A DNA stretch of 64,000 nucleotides from Ministeria vibrans ATCC 50519. Lineage: Eukaryota; Protista; Filasterea. The notes beneath the pieces were generated by a model, which did not search any database, had not been told where the DNA came from, and worked only from the letters and a program-made list of their open reading frames with translations. The position numbers and the translations under genes are program-made. The stretch covers positions 78,468 through 142,467 of the forward strand of contig CALSCP010001890.1 of the NCBI GenBank assembly GCA_943704425.1. The letters are read 5' to 3'. Every line of letters starts with the position of its first letter. Within the stretch, counting starts at the first letter, position 1. This document shows, piece by piece, positions 44,376 through 61,545 of the stretch.

Positions 44376-44452
44376 TTTTTCTCCGAGGATTCGATTGCTC
44401 CAAAGTTCACTTTTGATTGGAATGAGCAGATTTGATGATGAATAAAGAAAAA
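44376..44452 (+). promoter_or_regulatory. Candidate SECIS element with a non-canonical GGA/GA core
   Basis: AGGAT (44386-90), 11 nt, AAA (44402-04); TGCTC/GAGCA stem; TGAT (44436-39); lower helix TTTTTCT/AGAAAAA. Confidence 0.5.
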
Positions 44453-44551
44453 AAGAAGATGATAATAATAATAAAAATAATAATAATACTATAAAAATGA
44501 TTTGAGAGAGACACTTGAATAAGTGAGAGTTGATTGCATTGTATAACTGCT

Positions 44552-47083
<2,532 letters not shown>

Positions 47084-47310
47084 TTAATCATGATAATTAT
47101 TTTATTTATTGGAAATTTGGAACGATTGTGGTGCTCTTACTCGGTATCAGTATTCTGTAACAGCCAACGGCGCTAACCGCCCGTAAACAAGAGGTACAAT
47201 TGGCCATCATTGATATTACTCATCGCGCCAGACGGCCACTCCAGAGTGGCGCAAGACAAATAATCAATCCGAAATCGTCAATTCGGAATATTATTCGTCA
47301 CAATTGTTCA

Positions 47311-47605
47311 ATGAATATCTCCGACGCCGTCTCACTCTCACTGAGCGAACGTCGCGTGCTCCTGGTGGCATTGACGGGTCCATCGATTGATGTTGATTCG
47401 GTTGTGCACGATGCGCGCGTGGCCGACGCCATTGGCGCTACAAATTCCATCTTGCTGCGTCTGGAGCACGGAACAGCCGGAGCAGCGCAATTTGGGCAGG
47501 TCTACCCCGTTGTGTTTGTTCCCTGTGTCTTTGTCATCGCCCCTGGTGGACGCCTTGAGCGCTCGGTGGCCGCTGTGCGTTCGGACGCCGCTGTAACTGT
47601 CGTCG
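47311..47605 (+). CDS. UBXN4: UBXN4-like, exon 1 (thioredoxin-like N-terminal domain)
   Basis: AAQFGQVYPVVFVPCVFVIAPGG; GTAAGT donor followed by (CT)n. Confidence 0.75.
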
Positions 47606-47636
47606 TAAGTGCTGAACTTGGCTCTTCGCACTCTCA

Positions 47637-47757
<121 letters not shown>

Positions 47758-47922
47758 ATCTGTCTGTCTCTCCCTGTGTGTGTATGTGCGTGTAGGATCG
47801 ATGGCAGAACCAATTAAGAGTGTATCGCAGAATGGGCCTTCTCGCGCCAAAGACTGCATAACAATAAAAGGAGAAAATCATTGTATATTACTGCGCAATA
47901 GGGAAATTGAAATAGGAGGCGG

Positions 47923-48349
47923 TTAAATGGATAGATTCTCTGGAGCAGCGCGATAGGAACGGTCACGCAGCTTCACCACAAGACTCTTAGACTGTTGGAC
48001 AACGACCTAAGTAAAAGAAAGAGACAAAGAGTGTGAGAATACGTGTCAGCTGGTTGGTTCCCCATCACTACAACGACACACACACATACACTGTCTCCCT
48101 GTCTCTTTTCTTCTTTTTTTTTTTCGGGATTACCTGCATTGGAACAGGGGCAACGTGGAGTGCATAGAGCTCATAGCAGGACACGAGCCCCGGACGTGCG
48201 CCGGGAAAGAGACGGCGCACAAGCTGCTCATAGAAGTTGGACTGATACATGAGATCCGCAGAGGGAAGAGGCAACTCGACGGCAAGCCCACCGTGGTCCT
48301 GGTCCTCAAACCAAAGGTTGTACGAGTACTGGAAACGGGAAGGGGAGAT

Positions 48350-48388
<39 letters not shown>

Positions 48389-50043
48389 GAAGCGAAGATA
48401 ATCCACAAAACACACTGTGACTGCCACATGCACTCATCGCACACACAAAATTATATATACATACCTGAAACTCGCCAGCGCGCATAATCATGCTAGAATA
48501 GCCCTGCGCGAGTCTCGCGTGTGCATGGTAGACCATCTCCCACACGCGCTTCTTGAGTGCAGCGGCACTCGCCACTCGCTCAGATTGCTTCTGATCGCCG
48601 CTCGACAGTGACTCGATTTGCGGTGCGACAACCTACAAAACATTTTAATATATTAACAATGCGCGGTGGTGTCTTGTTGGGTCTGACCTGATCTCTTGCG
48701 CGATCAACGTAAATGAAATGGACCAAACCAGGAAATTGGTTAAGAAAAGCCAACATTGTCACATTAGTCTGTCCTTTGACCAGCAGAAACGCAATGTGGT
48801 CGCGAAGCGAAATCTAACCATGATAGTAAGATAATAAAATTACATATATTATTAGTATACACACTAAGAACACTAAGCACAAACACACACTAAGCACACT
48901 AAACACACACACAAAGCACACTTTCTCTCTCTCTTGCTGTCACTTAGTCTCTTTATCCCTCTTTTCTCACTCTCTCATATGACACCATGGACTCTCATTC
49001 ATCTACCCTCACATGAAATCGCCGTTCCCTTTCCTTACTTGCATCAAGTGCTGCATTTCCGCCATTGCCTGCTTCTCCTCCTCACTCGCTCTTCGTCGGT
49101 CGCTAATCACCACAAACGTGGTTGATTCCGCCACTTCCATAAAATATATGTGGTATGGCAATGGCTTTCCGTTGGTCTCGCTGCGCAGAAACAGAACCTA
49201 AACAGCCCATTGTTCCAGAATGTGCATTGTGGGTGTTAAGAGTTTTATCATTCGAGTTTCTTGTGTGGTTGAGCGTACCTCACAAAGCGGTTCGCTCAAA
49301 GGTGACGGTTCAACCGCAGTGCGTTCACGCACTTTCCCTTTGCCCGACACACTCTCTTTGGGCGTTTTTTTCTTTTTCTCTGCCCGTACTCTATCAGTAA
49401 AAAACAGCCACAAATAATAAACTCCTCACAATAATAATAATAATAATAATAATACAACTACAATATTGCCTTCTTCTTACGATTGTTCTTGCATCATTCT
49501 CACGTGTAACGGAGAAATGGGCGAAGGAGTCGCAAACACAGGATTGAGTGGATCATCTCTATGGAAAAGTCAGAATCATTAATATTTCCAATCAGACACA
49601 ATCATTCACTCTTAATTTGACAAAGGATGCATTCACTCAGTCAGTCACAATCACTCACTCACAATAATACTCACAATCAGACACACGCCTTACTCTTCGT
49701 CATGTTCTCTATGCTCTTCCGCTGTCCCTTCACTCTCCCTCTCCCCACTTCCCTCTCCCTCTTCCTCCTCCGGTCCATTTTCGTCTCCCTCTCCCTCCTC
49801 CGGTCCATTTTCGTCTCCCTCTCCCTCCTCTGGTCCTTCCTTCTCCTCTTCCTCTCCCGTTGTGTCTATGACTGAGTTGCGTCCTCCTTCCTCAAACCGC
49901 TCCTGAGCCATCACAAAATGCTCCTTCTCCCCTAAGTTACAAAAAGTACACACAATCAATCAACAAAAATAAACACAGTAAATCAATCAATCAATCAATC
50001 AATGTCGTTACCACTCCCAGTGCTTCCCGTCGACGCTCTCCTC
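47923..50043 (-). CDS. HPS1: HPS1 (BLOC-3 subunit), 3' exons
   Basis: FPGLVHFIYVDR, ARLAQGYSSMIMRAGEFQYSYNLWFED, CYELYALH; stop at 47923-47925. Confidence 0.8.
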
Positions 50044-50213
50044 CTAAAAAAAACCACACACACACACACATTCAATCAATCATCCTCTCTCTATCACTTT
50101 GTATCTCTCTCCCTCTTTTCTTTCTCTGTATCACTTTGTTTCTTTCTCTCTCTCTATCACTTTGTATCCCTCTCCCCCTTCTCTTTCTCTCTATCACTTT
50201 GTATCTCTCTCCC

Positions 50214-50359
<146 letters not shown>

Positions 50360-50391
50360 ATTTCTCTCTCTCTCGTTTTTTCGTTGTTTAG

Positions 50392-51491
50392 GCTGCCATG
50401 TATGCTGCTGCTGAAATGGCCCCTCCCCAGAGCGACGAGGCGCCGGCGGGTGACGAGGCAGACGCAAACGCAGACACAGCAAGGGACGATCAGCAGCCCA
50501 GTGAACCCTCATCGTCGGCTTCCTCCTCCTCTCGAGATGTCCGCGAAGAGGCGCGGGCGCTGCAGCAGCGTCTGCAGGAACGTGCAGTGGAGAAGGAGAA
50601 GGAACGTGAGGCAAAGGAACGCGAAGCGGAAATCAAACGACGCGAACAGGGCCAAGAGCTGGCGCGAGTGCGTCGCGAACGCGAAGAACAAGAACGACGA
50701 CAAATCGTCGAAGAACGTCGACGGGAACGAGAGGAAACGGAGCGAGCACGAGCAGCAGTGAAGCGACAAATCGAACTGGATCGACTGGAGAGTCGACGGA
50801 GGCGGGCGGTGCACACAGCAGGCGACGCAGACATGTCCGACGACGAGTACAAAACACGCGACGAAGAGCCCCACAGCAAACGGAACAATTTGGGTGGTGC
50901 GACAACTGCCAATCTGCTTTTTCGCTTTCCCGATGCGTCCACGCGAAAGGAATCCTTTCCGGCCTCTGCTCAGTTTCACACTGTGCGCACATTCGTCGAA
51001 CAAGTTCGAAATTCTTCCAAAAATCACACACAAACTAAATAATCCACTTGTAGCACACCGAAGGTCGTAATGCAGTTTTGGCAATGACTTTTCCGCGCCG
51101 GACCTTCACACCCGACGACAACACAATGACGCTCAGTGCACTCCACCTCACCCCTTCCGCTGTCCTTCAAGTCACTTTCCCTTCTCGTACCACTCATGCA
51201 CTCCCTCTGATTCGTCTCACATTCTGACTTTTTTTTATAGAGGCTCAACATCAGCAACAGAAGAAAGCGGACCAGAGATCATTCATTGCGCTTCTGCTGT
51301 GGCTCCTCTCGTTCCTTAATCCATTCGCCTACTTCAAGCCCAATCCTAAGCCCAATCCTAACCCTAATCCTAGTCCTAACGCTAACCCTAATCCTAACCG
51401 TTCTCGTCTCGTCCACTCTCTTCGCACCACTAAAAGTGATAGTGATGACGATCAAACATACTACAATGGAAACTCAACTCAACAGTTGTGA
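50392..51491 (+). CDS. UBXN4: UBXN4-like, 3' exons (coiled coil, UBX domain, membrane hairpin)
   Basis: KRREQGQEL...ARAAVKRQIELDR, LLFRFPDAS, terminal YYNGNSTQQL*. Confidence 0.85.
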
Positions 51492-51540
51492 AATTTCACT
51501 CCCTCACTCAAAAATAAACTTTTGCCGTTTATCTCATATC

Positions 51541-52913
51541 TCATTTTTTCTTTGCAAACATATTGGAGGGAAGCGACGACAAATCGGTCAGTCCCTTTGT
51601 CCGAAACAGTCTCTCTGCTCTCTCTTTCACTGTCCCTCCGCATTTCAGTCCCTTTTCCTACTCACAATGTTACCCACTATCTCTATCTTATACTCACTTT
51701 TGATTATGTTCCCTTACTTGCAACGAATGTTTCAGGTCTTCCAGTGAAACACTCAATAGTGACTCGACCGACGCAAATTGTTCCAAGTCAATCGTTTTCC
51801 CTTCCACCTTTTTCACCTTTTCCTCTTCTTCTCTCTTCTCTTTCGTTCCCTCACTCTTCGTCTCAATTTGTCTCTCAGTCTTCGTCTCAATCTGTCCCTC
51901 ACTCTTCGTCTCACTCTTCGTCTCAATCTGTGTCTCAGTCGTTTCCGTCTCAGTCACACACTTCTCTGCTTCTTTTTCCCCTCTTTCCCTTTCCCGCTCA
52001 TCTACTCTTCTCGCCTCCTTTTCTTCCTTTCCACACATTTCCTCATCGCTCTCACTCCCATCGTCTTCCTCTTCCTCCTCCTCCCACATTTTGCGCCGTT
52101 TCACTTTGATCGAGCCCACACCACTCGCATCCTCTCCACTCCGCTTCGTTCCTCCTCCTCCTCCTGCTCCTCCCCCTTGTTGTTGTTGTTGCTGCTGCTG
52201 CTGCTGCTTCTTCATGATTCCCTCGCGCAGAGCATCCGCATTCTTTTCTTCAATCTCTTCCAAGTCGCGCATGGCACTGCGATGGTCAAACTGGTGTCGT
52301 GGCCCGGACAGGATCTTTTCGCGCATCTGCCGCTTCTGCAGCTCCGCCTCCTGGCGCTCCTTCTCCTTATGTCGAATAAAGTCAGCAACTCTAAGAAAAA
52401 AGAAAGAGAGAGAGAGAGACTGTCAACGACCTCTTGGCGCTCGAGTGGGATTTGTGATACTGTTTTTCAGCGTTGACCTGACGAACGCGTCGTCCGCTCA
52501 GATCCCGACATGCGTCGACGTTGTCGTCTTTGTTTCGCGAGAACTTGGCGCCTGCAGACCGCAGCATGCTGCCAAAGCCGCCCTTGCCGCCGTAAAGACG
52601 CAGCGAGATGGTGATGGTCGAAAATGCTGACGACGTCACGTCTTGTGGGTCTTCGCTTCTGTCGCTCCCGGCCTGAAGGCAGCCGTTCACGCGCACGACA
52701 GTCTCGCTTGCGTCAAGCCCGTACTCGCTGCAGACGAGCGCACACGCCTGGTGGATTGACAGAGAGAGAGACGGGGAAGGGGTTGGGGGGATGAGAAAGA
52801 GAGAACGGTGTTTGGTGAATTGCTACAGTGTGCGCTGAGCATGATTCGACAACACGACACGGAAGGCGTGCGGAGCACGACATGGGGGGTCCACTGACGA
52901 TAAACTGGGGCAT
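51541..52913 (-). CDS. SDE2: SDE2 (ubiquitin-fold-activated splicing/replication-stress regulator)
   Basis: [24 protein letters not shown]-terminal SAP domain ..[14 protein letters not shown]. Confidence 0.9.
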
Positions 52914-52968
52914 CGTCGTTCGGTAAGAAGAGAAAAATAAACTGAAACTGAAACTGGGAGTATTCATT

Positions 52969-53130
52969 TCATGCAGCACCGGCCACATCCTCTTCTGGAC
53001 AACTCTCTCCTCGCGCGTAGCGCGACATGTTGTCTTTCACAACCGCCATCATCTCCTCGCCAAACAACGACGTCGCCACATCCGTCACAAGACGGCGCAC
53101 GCTATGCACAGCCGCCGCATGGCGACACGG
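52969..53130 (-). CDS. 3' exon of a small unknown protein, cut by an assembly gap
   Basis: Open frame PCRHAAAVHSVRRLVTDVATSLFGEEMMAVVKDNMSRYARGESCPEEDVAGAA* starting at the N-run. Confidence 0.45.
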   Translation of the reverse strand, partial: PCRHAAAVHSVRRLVTDVATSLFGEEMMAVVKDNMSRYARGESCPEEDVAGAA

Positions 53131-53140
53131 GNNNNNNNNN

Positions 53141-53233
<93 letters not shown>

Positions 53234-53254
53234 GCTCTGTATACCTTTGTGGCT

Positions 53255-54416
53255 CCGTTTTCTCTTCTTCTTCTTCTGCTTCTTCTTCGTCTGCTTCTGC
53301 TTCTTCTTCTTGTTGTTGTTGCTCTTCTTCTTCTGGCTCTGTCTCTTCCTCTGACTCTTCTGATTCTTCTTCTGGCTCTTCTAATCAATCCAATATCAAA
53401 GGGTAAATCAATAAAACTACTTCACTCTCTAATGTGTTACCGGTCAGTCGAAAAAGCGATCGAATGTAAATCGAAAGCAAAAAGATGTCAGCAAAATGCA
53501 AGTGAGCCGAATTAGGTCGCGAGTAGTGAGCCAACAGCTAATAATCATTATAATTATTAGAAAGGCAATATCTCAACCACACACACACACCACAAAGACA
53601 CGCACACACACACACTTCCTCTCTTTCTCCCTCCTCTTATACCTTTGAGTTGATGAACAGCAATGCGTGCGTTGCCCCGTGCGACTTTCCGCCCAGTCGC
53701 AGTGCATTCTCTAGTGCCTTGACACACCCGCCCCGAATCATTTCGTTGACTTCCATGCGCTCGAGCGCTCGCACCAAAAAGGACTGTTGTGTGGCGCAAA
53801 GCGTTTTCAGTGTGCGGCTCAGCGCTAATAGAGGCTCTCGACTGCGCGTCGCAAACTTGTGGAGTCGCTCGACTTTCTCTTGGCCGTACTTCAGCACAAA
53901 CAGATCGTGTAGCAGCTGTAGCTGTCGACGCAGAAACTCTTCGCTCTCTCCCGTGTCTGCCACCGCCATGTAAAGAAGCGAGCCAAACTAAGAGAGAGAG
54001 AGAGAGAGATGCACACACACACAGAGAGACACAGACCAACATGAGAGAGTGTTTTACGCCACAGTGACAGACACCGTACCGTCTGGAAGACCAGCCGAGT
54101 CCCATCCTTGAGCTCAAGACACGTGAAGCGAGTGTTGAATGTCTCTTGCATGACAACCTGCGACAGGACAGACATCCGTACGTGTCACCACACAAGTCAA
54201 GTCAATCCGTTGTTTTGCGTACTTGCGTCATAGCGAACTGGTGCATCGCGATTTGCTTCATGTCGTTGTGCATTTGGGGCCCTTCGTCGTCGAGGAACGC
54301 TGCAGGACACGCGTCGCATTGTGAGCAGAGCGAAAGAAGAGTTAAAGTCTGAAGGGAAAAGAGACGAAAAAAAAACCTTTGTTCCCCATCTCATCCGTGA
54401 CCATGATCGATTTCAT
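53255..54416 (-). CDS. HPS1: HPS1, 5' exons
   Basis: MKSIMVTDE, GESEEFLRRQLQLL, QQSFLVRALER, HALLFINSK|LLAHYSRPNS...ADIFLL, then an acidic exon with a donor at ~53254. Confidence 0.82.
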
Positions 54417-54562
54417 CTTTTGAGTCTGCCACGTGTCAACCCAGATACACCCGACGCAGCTCACTCAAAAGCACAAAGATAAAAACTGTGAAACGAGACT
54501 GAAAATTAGAAATATCAACTCATTACAAAATCAGTTATATTTTGTTATACATCATCGTCATC

Positions 54563-55493
54563 ATGAGTAGCATTGCTGAAATATTCGCGTCAGTCCAGGA
54601 GCAGCTTGACTCGGGCTCGGATGTGCGCGAAGCCATCCGCGCTGTCGTCAAAGGCCTCGAAGCCGAATCGCGTCGCATCCTCGCCGCCCTGCAGCAGATC
54701 CACAATGCCAACGCAGCCGAGTCGGTCGCCATTGCTGCAAAGGCACGCGCTGACTTTGCAAAGGTACCCGTAGGAGAGCGACGTGAGCAGAGAGCAACGG
54801 CAAAACACACTCACACACCATCTCACTCACTCTCACTCACTCTCTCTCTCTCTCTCTTGTCAGATTCGCACGCACATTGCGACCCTTCGTGGCGCCTATC
54901 CGGCCGGCGAGTACTTTCGGTAGGCTGGTCCATGAGCACCCCCGACGCTCCCTGACTCCCCCTTGTGCCTTGCCCTTTCGTCTGCGTAGCTTCAATCAGA
55001 TGTGGAACTTTTCGCTCCAACAGTGCGTGTTTCTCGCCTCTCTCATTGTCTACCTTGAATCGGGCACTCTCCTGACCTTTGACGATGTCGACACTCTCAT
55101 GGGAGGTACCCTTTGGTTCACACCACATCCTCGCATGATCATCCAACACTCTCATTCCCGTTTGCAACAGTGAAAGTGGGCACAGTCGAGTGCAAAGACG
55201 AGTTTGTCGTGCAGCTCGACGATTTCCTTATGGGACTTTGCTCTCTCTCGGGCGAGCTTGCTCGTTTCTGTGTCAACTGTGTTGTCGCTGGTGACTACGG
55301 TCGTCCCAAGCGCATCTCAACCTTTCTCACCGAACTCAACGCGGGCTTCCGTCTGCTCAACCTGAAAAACGACGGACTGCGCAAACGCTACGACTCGCTC
55401 AAGTACGACCTCAAGAAAATCGAAGAAGTCGTCTACGACCTGTCCATTCGCGGCCTCAAAGAAGAAGAGAAAGTCCAGGAGAAGGAAGAATAG
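54563..55493 (+). CDS. TSN: Translin (C3PO subunit)
   Basis: ELARFCVNCVVAGDYGRP, FRLLNLKNDGLRKRYDSLKYDLKKIEEVVYDLSIRGL. Confidence 0.94.
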
Positions 55494-55580
55494 TAGGCTT
55501 CTTGTTGGCGTCGCTGTTGTTTGTTTTCCATCTCCAGTTTTTTGTATTATACTATATGAACTCTTTTTCTGCCGCCTTGC

Positions 55581-58182
<2,602 letters not shown>

Positions 58183-58366
58183 CTAATATATAAATATTGA
58201 AGAATTTTTTTTTAGCTCGGCTGTGATTCCGCTCTGGTGCCTCTCTCTGTATCACTTTGTTTCTTTCTCCTTCCTCTCTAACACTTTGTTTCTTTTTTCC
58301 TCTCTCTCTCTATCACTTTGTTTCTTTCTCCTCTCTCTCTCTCTCTAACACTTTGTTTCTTTCTCC

Positions 58367-58463
<97 letters not shown>

Positions 58464-58467
58464 GTAC

Positions 58468-59216
58468 CCACGCATGTGCTGTGTGAGGAATGACGCTCTT
58501 GTGGTTCCTAATTTTGTGCCAAAAGAGTGCAATCATGCCAAGGGTGACGCAGGCACACGCAAGCTGTTGCAGTTGCGAGTGGAGCTTGAGTTGCTAAATC
58601 AATCAGAGTGTTAGTATAATAATATTGTTATGAATTGGTATCACATTTAAATGAAAATGAGATAATCGCCAGAAGCGATTACAATGAAAATATTGACAAA
58701 GTGGTGAGGGAAGACTTGGATTTTGTGCGACCAAACGTTGGAAAGGCAGGGAGAGTGGTGGCGTATGGCCAGGGAAGAGGAGGCACTGAAAACGTTTCAC
58801 TAATTTGAATATATCTTCCGTTTCGCGTTGGTCGGCGCGGCCGAGGGTTGAGGAATGAGGCAAGGGGTTGGTATGCAAGGTGTGGCTTGGGCATGGAAGC
58901 CTTGGATATGGCGGGAAAGGGCGTGGGAGCGGCAGGACGATGGTACCTCCGCTCTTGAGCGCCCGTCGAGCGACCGGAAGGCAAGGACGCCTTCTGTGAA
59001 GAGCACCACGGTGCCCGCCGTCAAGAGAACCGGGTGCCATGCAAAGAGAGTGATTCCGTGCTGCTGGTCGAGCGTACAGAGAGTGACGCTGAAGGCAAAC
59101 ACAAGCAGCAGAATGTGGATGGCTGCGCCGAGCCAGCGCACCACATTGACGCCCGTGGTGCAGTCTCTGTTTACCAGAACAACGTTGTTCAACGATGACG
59201 ACGTTGCCGTGATCAT
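58468..59216 (-). CDS. Cytochrome b561 family protein, first two exons only
   Basis: LFAWHPVLL, TEGVLAF, KLHSQLQ, HTAHAW (heme-ligand His pattern); the remaining helices are missing. Confidence 0.75.
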
Positions 59217-59433
59217 TCTGCGTCTTCTAGAAACAAATAAAATAACATATTTAATGTGATCGTCAAGTTGTCACGTATCGGTGTTCGATTCTCTTCATCA
59301 TCATCTCATAAGCACACCCAAGTACTGACACAGCAGCAAATTCCACGTCGGAACAAATGAGACGTGGAATGTGCTGTGAGTGTTGTATCAACGACTATCA
59401 CTGTTAATAATAATGTTCGTTCTGTGTTTATTA

Positions 59434-61428
59434 CTACGTCTTCTTCTTGTCGTCTACATTGCGCTTAAAGAAGGCATGCTTAAGCGCCGCCTCGGGAGTG
59501 AGTCTGCGCTGGGGATCAATGCACAGGGCTGCCTCAAGAAGCTCCTTGAAGTGGCGCAGTTCGAGGCGCTCGTCGTCGGAGAGCACCTGGTCGTTGAGGA
59601 GGAGGCGGTGAAGGTCGACGGAGGGCTGGCCATTGCCAAAGTCAATGACCTTGATGGTCTTGTTGCCAGTGACCTTGTCGACAACGACGTGGAGAAAGTT
59701 ACCGTCGAGGTCAAAGTGGGCCTGGCGCAACTGGGCACTACGCAGCATACGTTTGGGGATGCGCCCCACAACGTCCTGCTGCAGCTTGAGCATGTCGTTG
59801 TTGGTGTGCCCCGCAAACAGAATGCGCCCCGTGTACAGCTCGTACAGCGTGCATGCAATTGCCCACATGTCAATCGCATACCCGTACGTCAGGCCCAGCA
59901 TGATCTCGGGCGCCCGGTAGTACCGCGTCACCAAATAGGGCGTAATCTGCACGTCCCGCTCCCCCATGGCCGACCCAAAATCACACATCTTAATGGTCAC
60001 GTTGCGACTGTCCACCAGAATGTTATCGGGCTTGATGTCTGCATGAATAAACTTGCATCGTTTGATGAGACGCAGCGCGAGAAAGAGTTGCTGTGCATAC
60101 GAGCGCACAGCGGCCATGTTCAGCCCCACACCGCCACCATACTTGCGGATGACCTCACGCAGATTCATGCTAAAGTGCTCAAACACCAGACACAAATGGT
60201 TGTGGTGCTCAAACTTGCCCATCATGCGCACACAGTGGTAGCGCCCGTCGGGGTCTTCGCGCTGCAGTGTGCGCAACACCTCGTACTCCTTCTCGCCCGC
60301 CTTGAACATGGTGGTGTTGCCACGGATCACTTTGATGGCCACCAGATGGCTGCTGCGCTCGTCCACCGCACGTAACACACTGCTAAATACTCCCTTGTTG
60401 CTGTACCCCTTGACGCGGTACGTGCCGTGCAACAGTTCGCCCGGTCGTGCGCGGTAGTACCCCTCGCTGTCGTCCCAATTGTCCATCAGCGACGCATTCT
60501 CGCCCGTCGTACTTCCTTTGTCGTCGCCCTTGGCAGCTGTGTTGGGTGCGGTTGTGGCTGCATTCAACGTGAGCAGCTCAATGGGGGACTCGGCGCCAAA
60601 CATGTCGGCAACGACGGCTGCTGGTTTGCTTGTCGTTGGTGGTGGTGATGGTGGTGGTGTTGTGCGTGTTGGTGGTTGTGTTGTTGGGGGTTGTGTGCGG
60701 ACTAATGTCGAGTCTTGTTGTGGCTGTGTTGTACTTGCTGGGTCAGCTGTGATGGGTGATGCGGTTCGAGTGGGGGCGGCACTGTCGAGTTTCTCAAGGA
60801 GCTTCTTGCGCTTCTCCCGCATCCGCGCAATCTTTTCCTCCTCATCTTCGCTCTCGTCCTCCAAGTCAATATCGAGCATGACGGGCGGCGGCGGCGACGG
60901 AGGAGCGGCAGGCGACGGTTCCCGATAACGTCGTCGATCGCTGGCGCCGTGGGGGTCGTCGCCAGCTCTGCGAGTCTCATGCGAATGGCGAGAGTCACGG
61001 TCGTAGTCGCGTCCGTGCCGATCGTCGTAGCGTCGGCTTGAGCTGTCGCGTCGCCGCTCGTCGTCTCTGCGTCTGTGATCCGAGCCGTATTGTCGGTCGC
61101 TGCCGCCCGAGCGGTGGTCGTAGTCGCGGTCGTACCTGCGAGCACTGCCAGACGTCGAATGGTCGCGAACGGACGACGCCACTGGACGATCCCAGTCACG
61201 TTCACGGTCGCGTCCGCCACGGTCGCGCCCATCGCGCCCATCACGATCATGGCTATGGCGCTCGGCGTCGCGAGAACGCTCGCGAATCCGCTCTTTTCCG
61301 CTGTTGTTGGTCTCTGGGTCGGAACGTCGTTCTTTCGATTCAATCACGCCCGCCTCTGCTTCCTTTGGCACACCGTCCATGTTCACATCTGCTTCCAGCG
61401 CAACCTCTCCATCTTCCAGGTCGGTCAT
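59434..61428 (-). CDS. PRPF4B: PRP4 kinase, intronless
   Basis: RS/RD-rich N-terminus, DNWDDSEGYY, HADIKPDNIL, MCDFGSA, TPYLVTRYYRAPEI. Confidence 0.95.
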   Translation of the reverse strand: MTDLEDGEVALEADVNMDGVPKEAEAGVIESKERRSDPETNNSGKERIRERSRDAERHSHDRDGRDGRDRGGRDRERDWDRPVASSVRDHSTSGSARRYDRDYDHRSGGSDRQYGSDHRRRDDERRRDSSSRRYDDRHGRDYDRDSRHSHETRRAGDDPHGASDRRRYREPSPAAPPSPPPPVMLDIDLEDESEDEEEKIARMREKRKKLLEKLDSAAPTRTASPITADPASTTQPQQDSTLVRTQPPTTQPPTRTTPPPSPPPTTSKPAAVVADMFGAESPIELLTLNAATTAPNTAAKGDDKGSTTGENASLMDNWDDSEGYYRARPGELLHGTYRVKGYSNKGVFSSVLRAVDERSSHLVAIKVIRGNTTMFKAGEKEYEVLRTLQREDPDGRYHCVRMMGKFEHHNHLCLVFEHFSMNLREVIRKYGGGVGLNMAAVRSYAQQLFLALRLIKRCKFIHADIKPDNILVDSRNVTIKMCDFGSAMGERDVQITPYLVTRYYRAPEIMLGLTYGYAIDMWAIACTLYELYTGRILFAGHTNNDMLKLQQDVVGRIPKRMLRSAQLRQAHFDLDGNFLHVVVDKVTGNKTIKVIDFGNGQPSVDLHRLLLNDQVLSDDERLELRHFKELLEAALCIDPQRRLTPEAALKHAFFKRNVDDKKKT

Positions 61429-61545
61429 TGTCACAGCAAATGTCTGTTGAAATTTGAAAAGTGTGTTTATAAAAGTTTGAAATCACTTTGAAATAAAATT
61501 ATTTATGAACAATCGATTTCAATTTTTCTGCCAACGCCGCTCGCT
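61429..61545. promoter_or_regulatory. Short AT-rich bidirectional promoter (PRP4K/ADAT1)
   Basis: 117 bp between divergent ATGs; similar gaps at 902-1082, 4363-4508, 22014-22202 and 54417-54562. Confidence 0.6.

Noticed and set aside
59380-60375. 331-aa plus-strand ORF
   Set aside because: Antisense to the PRP4 kinase domain, with no recognisable motifs
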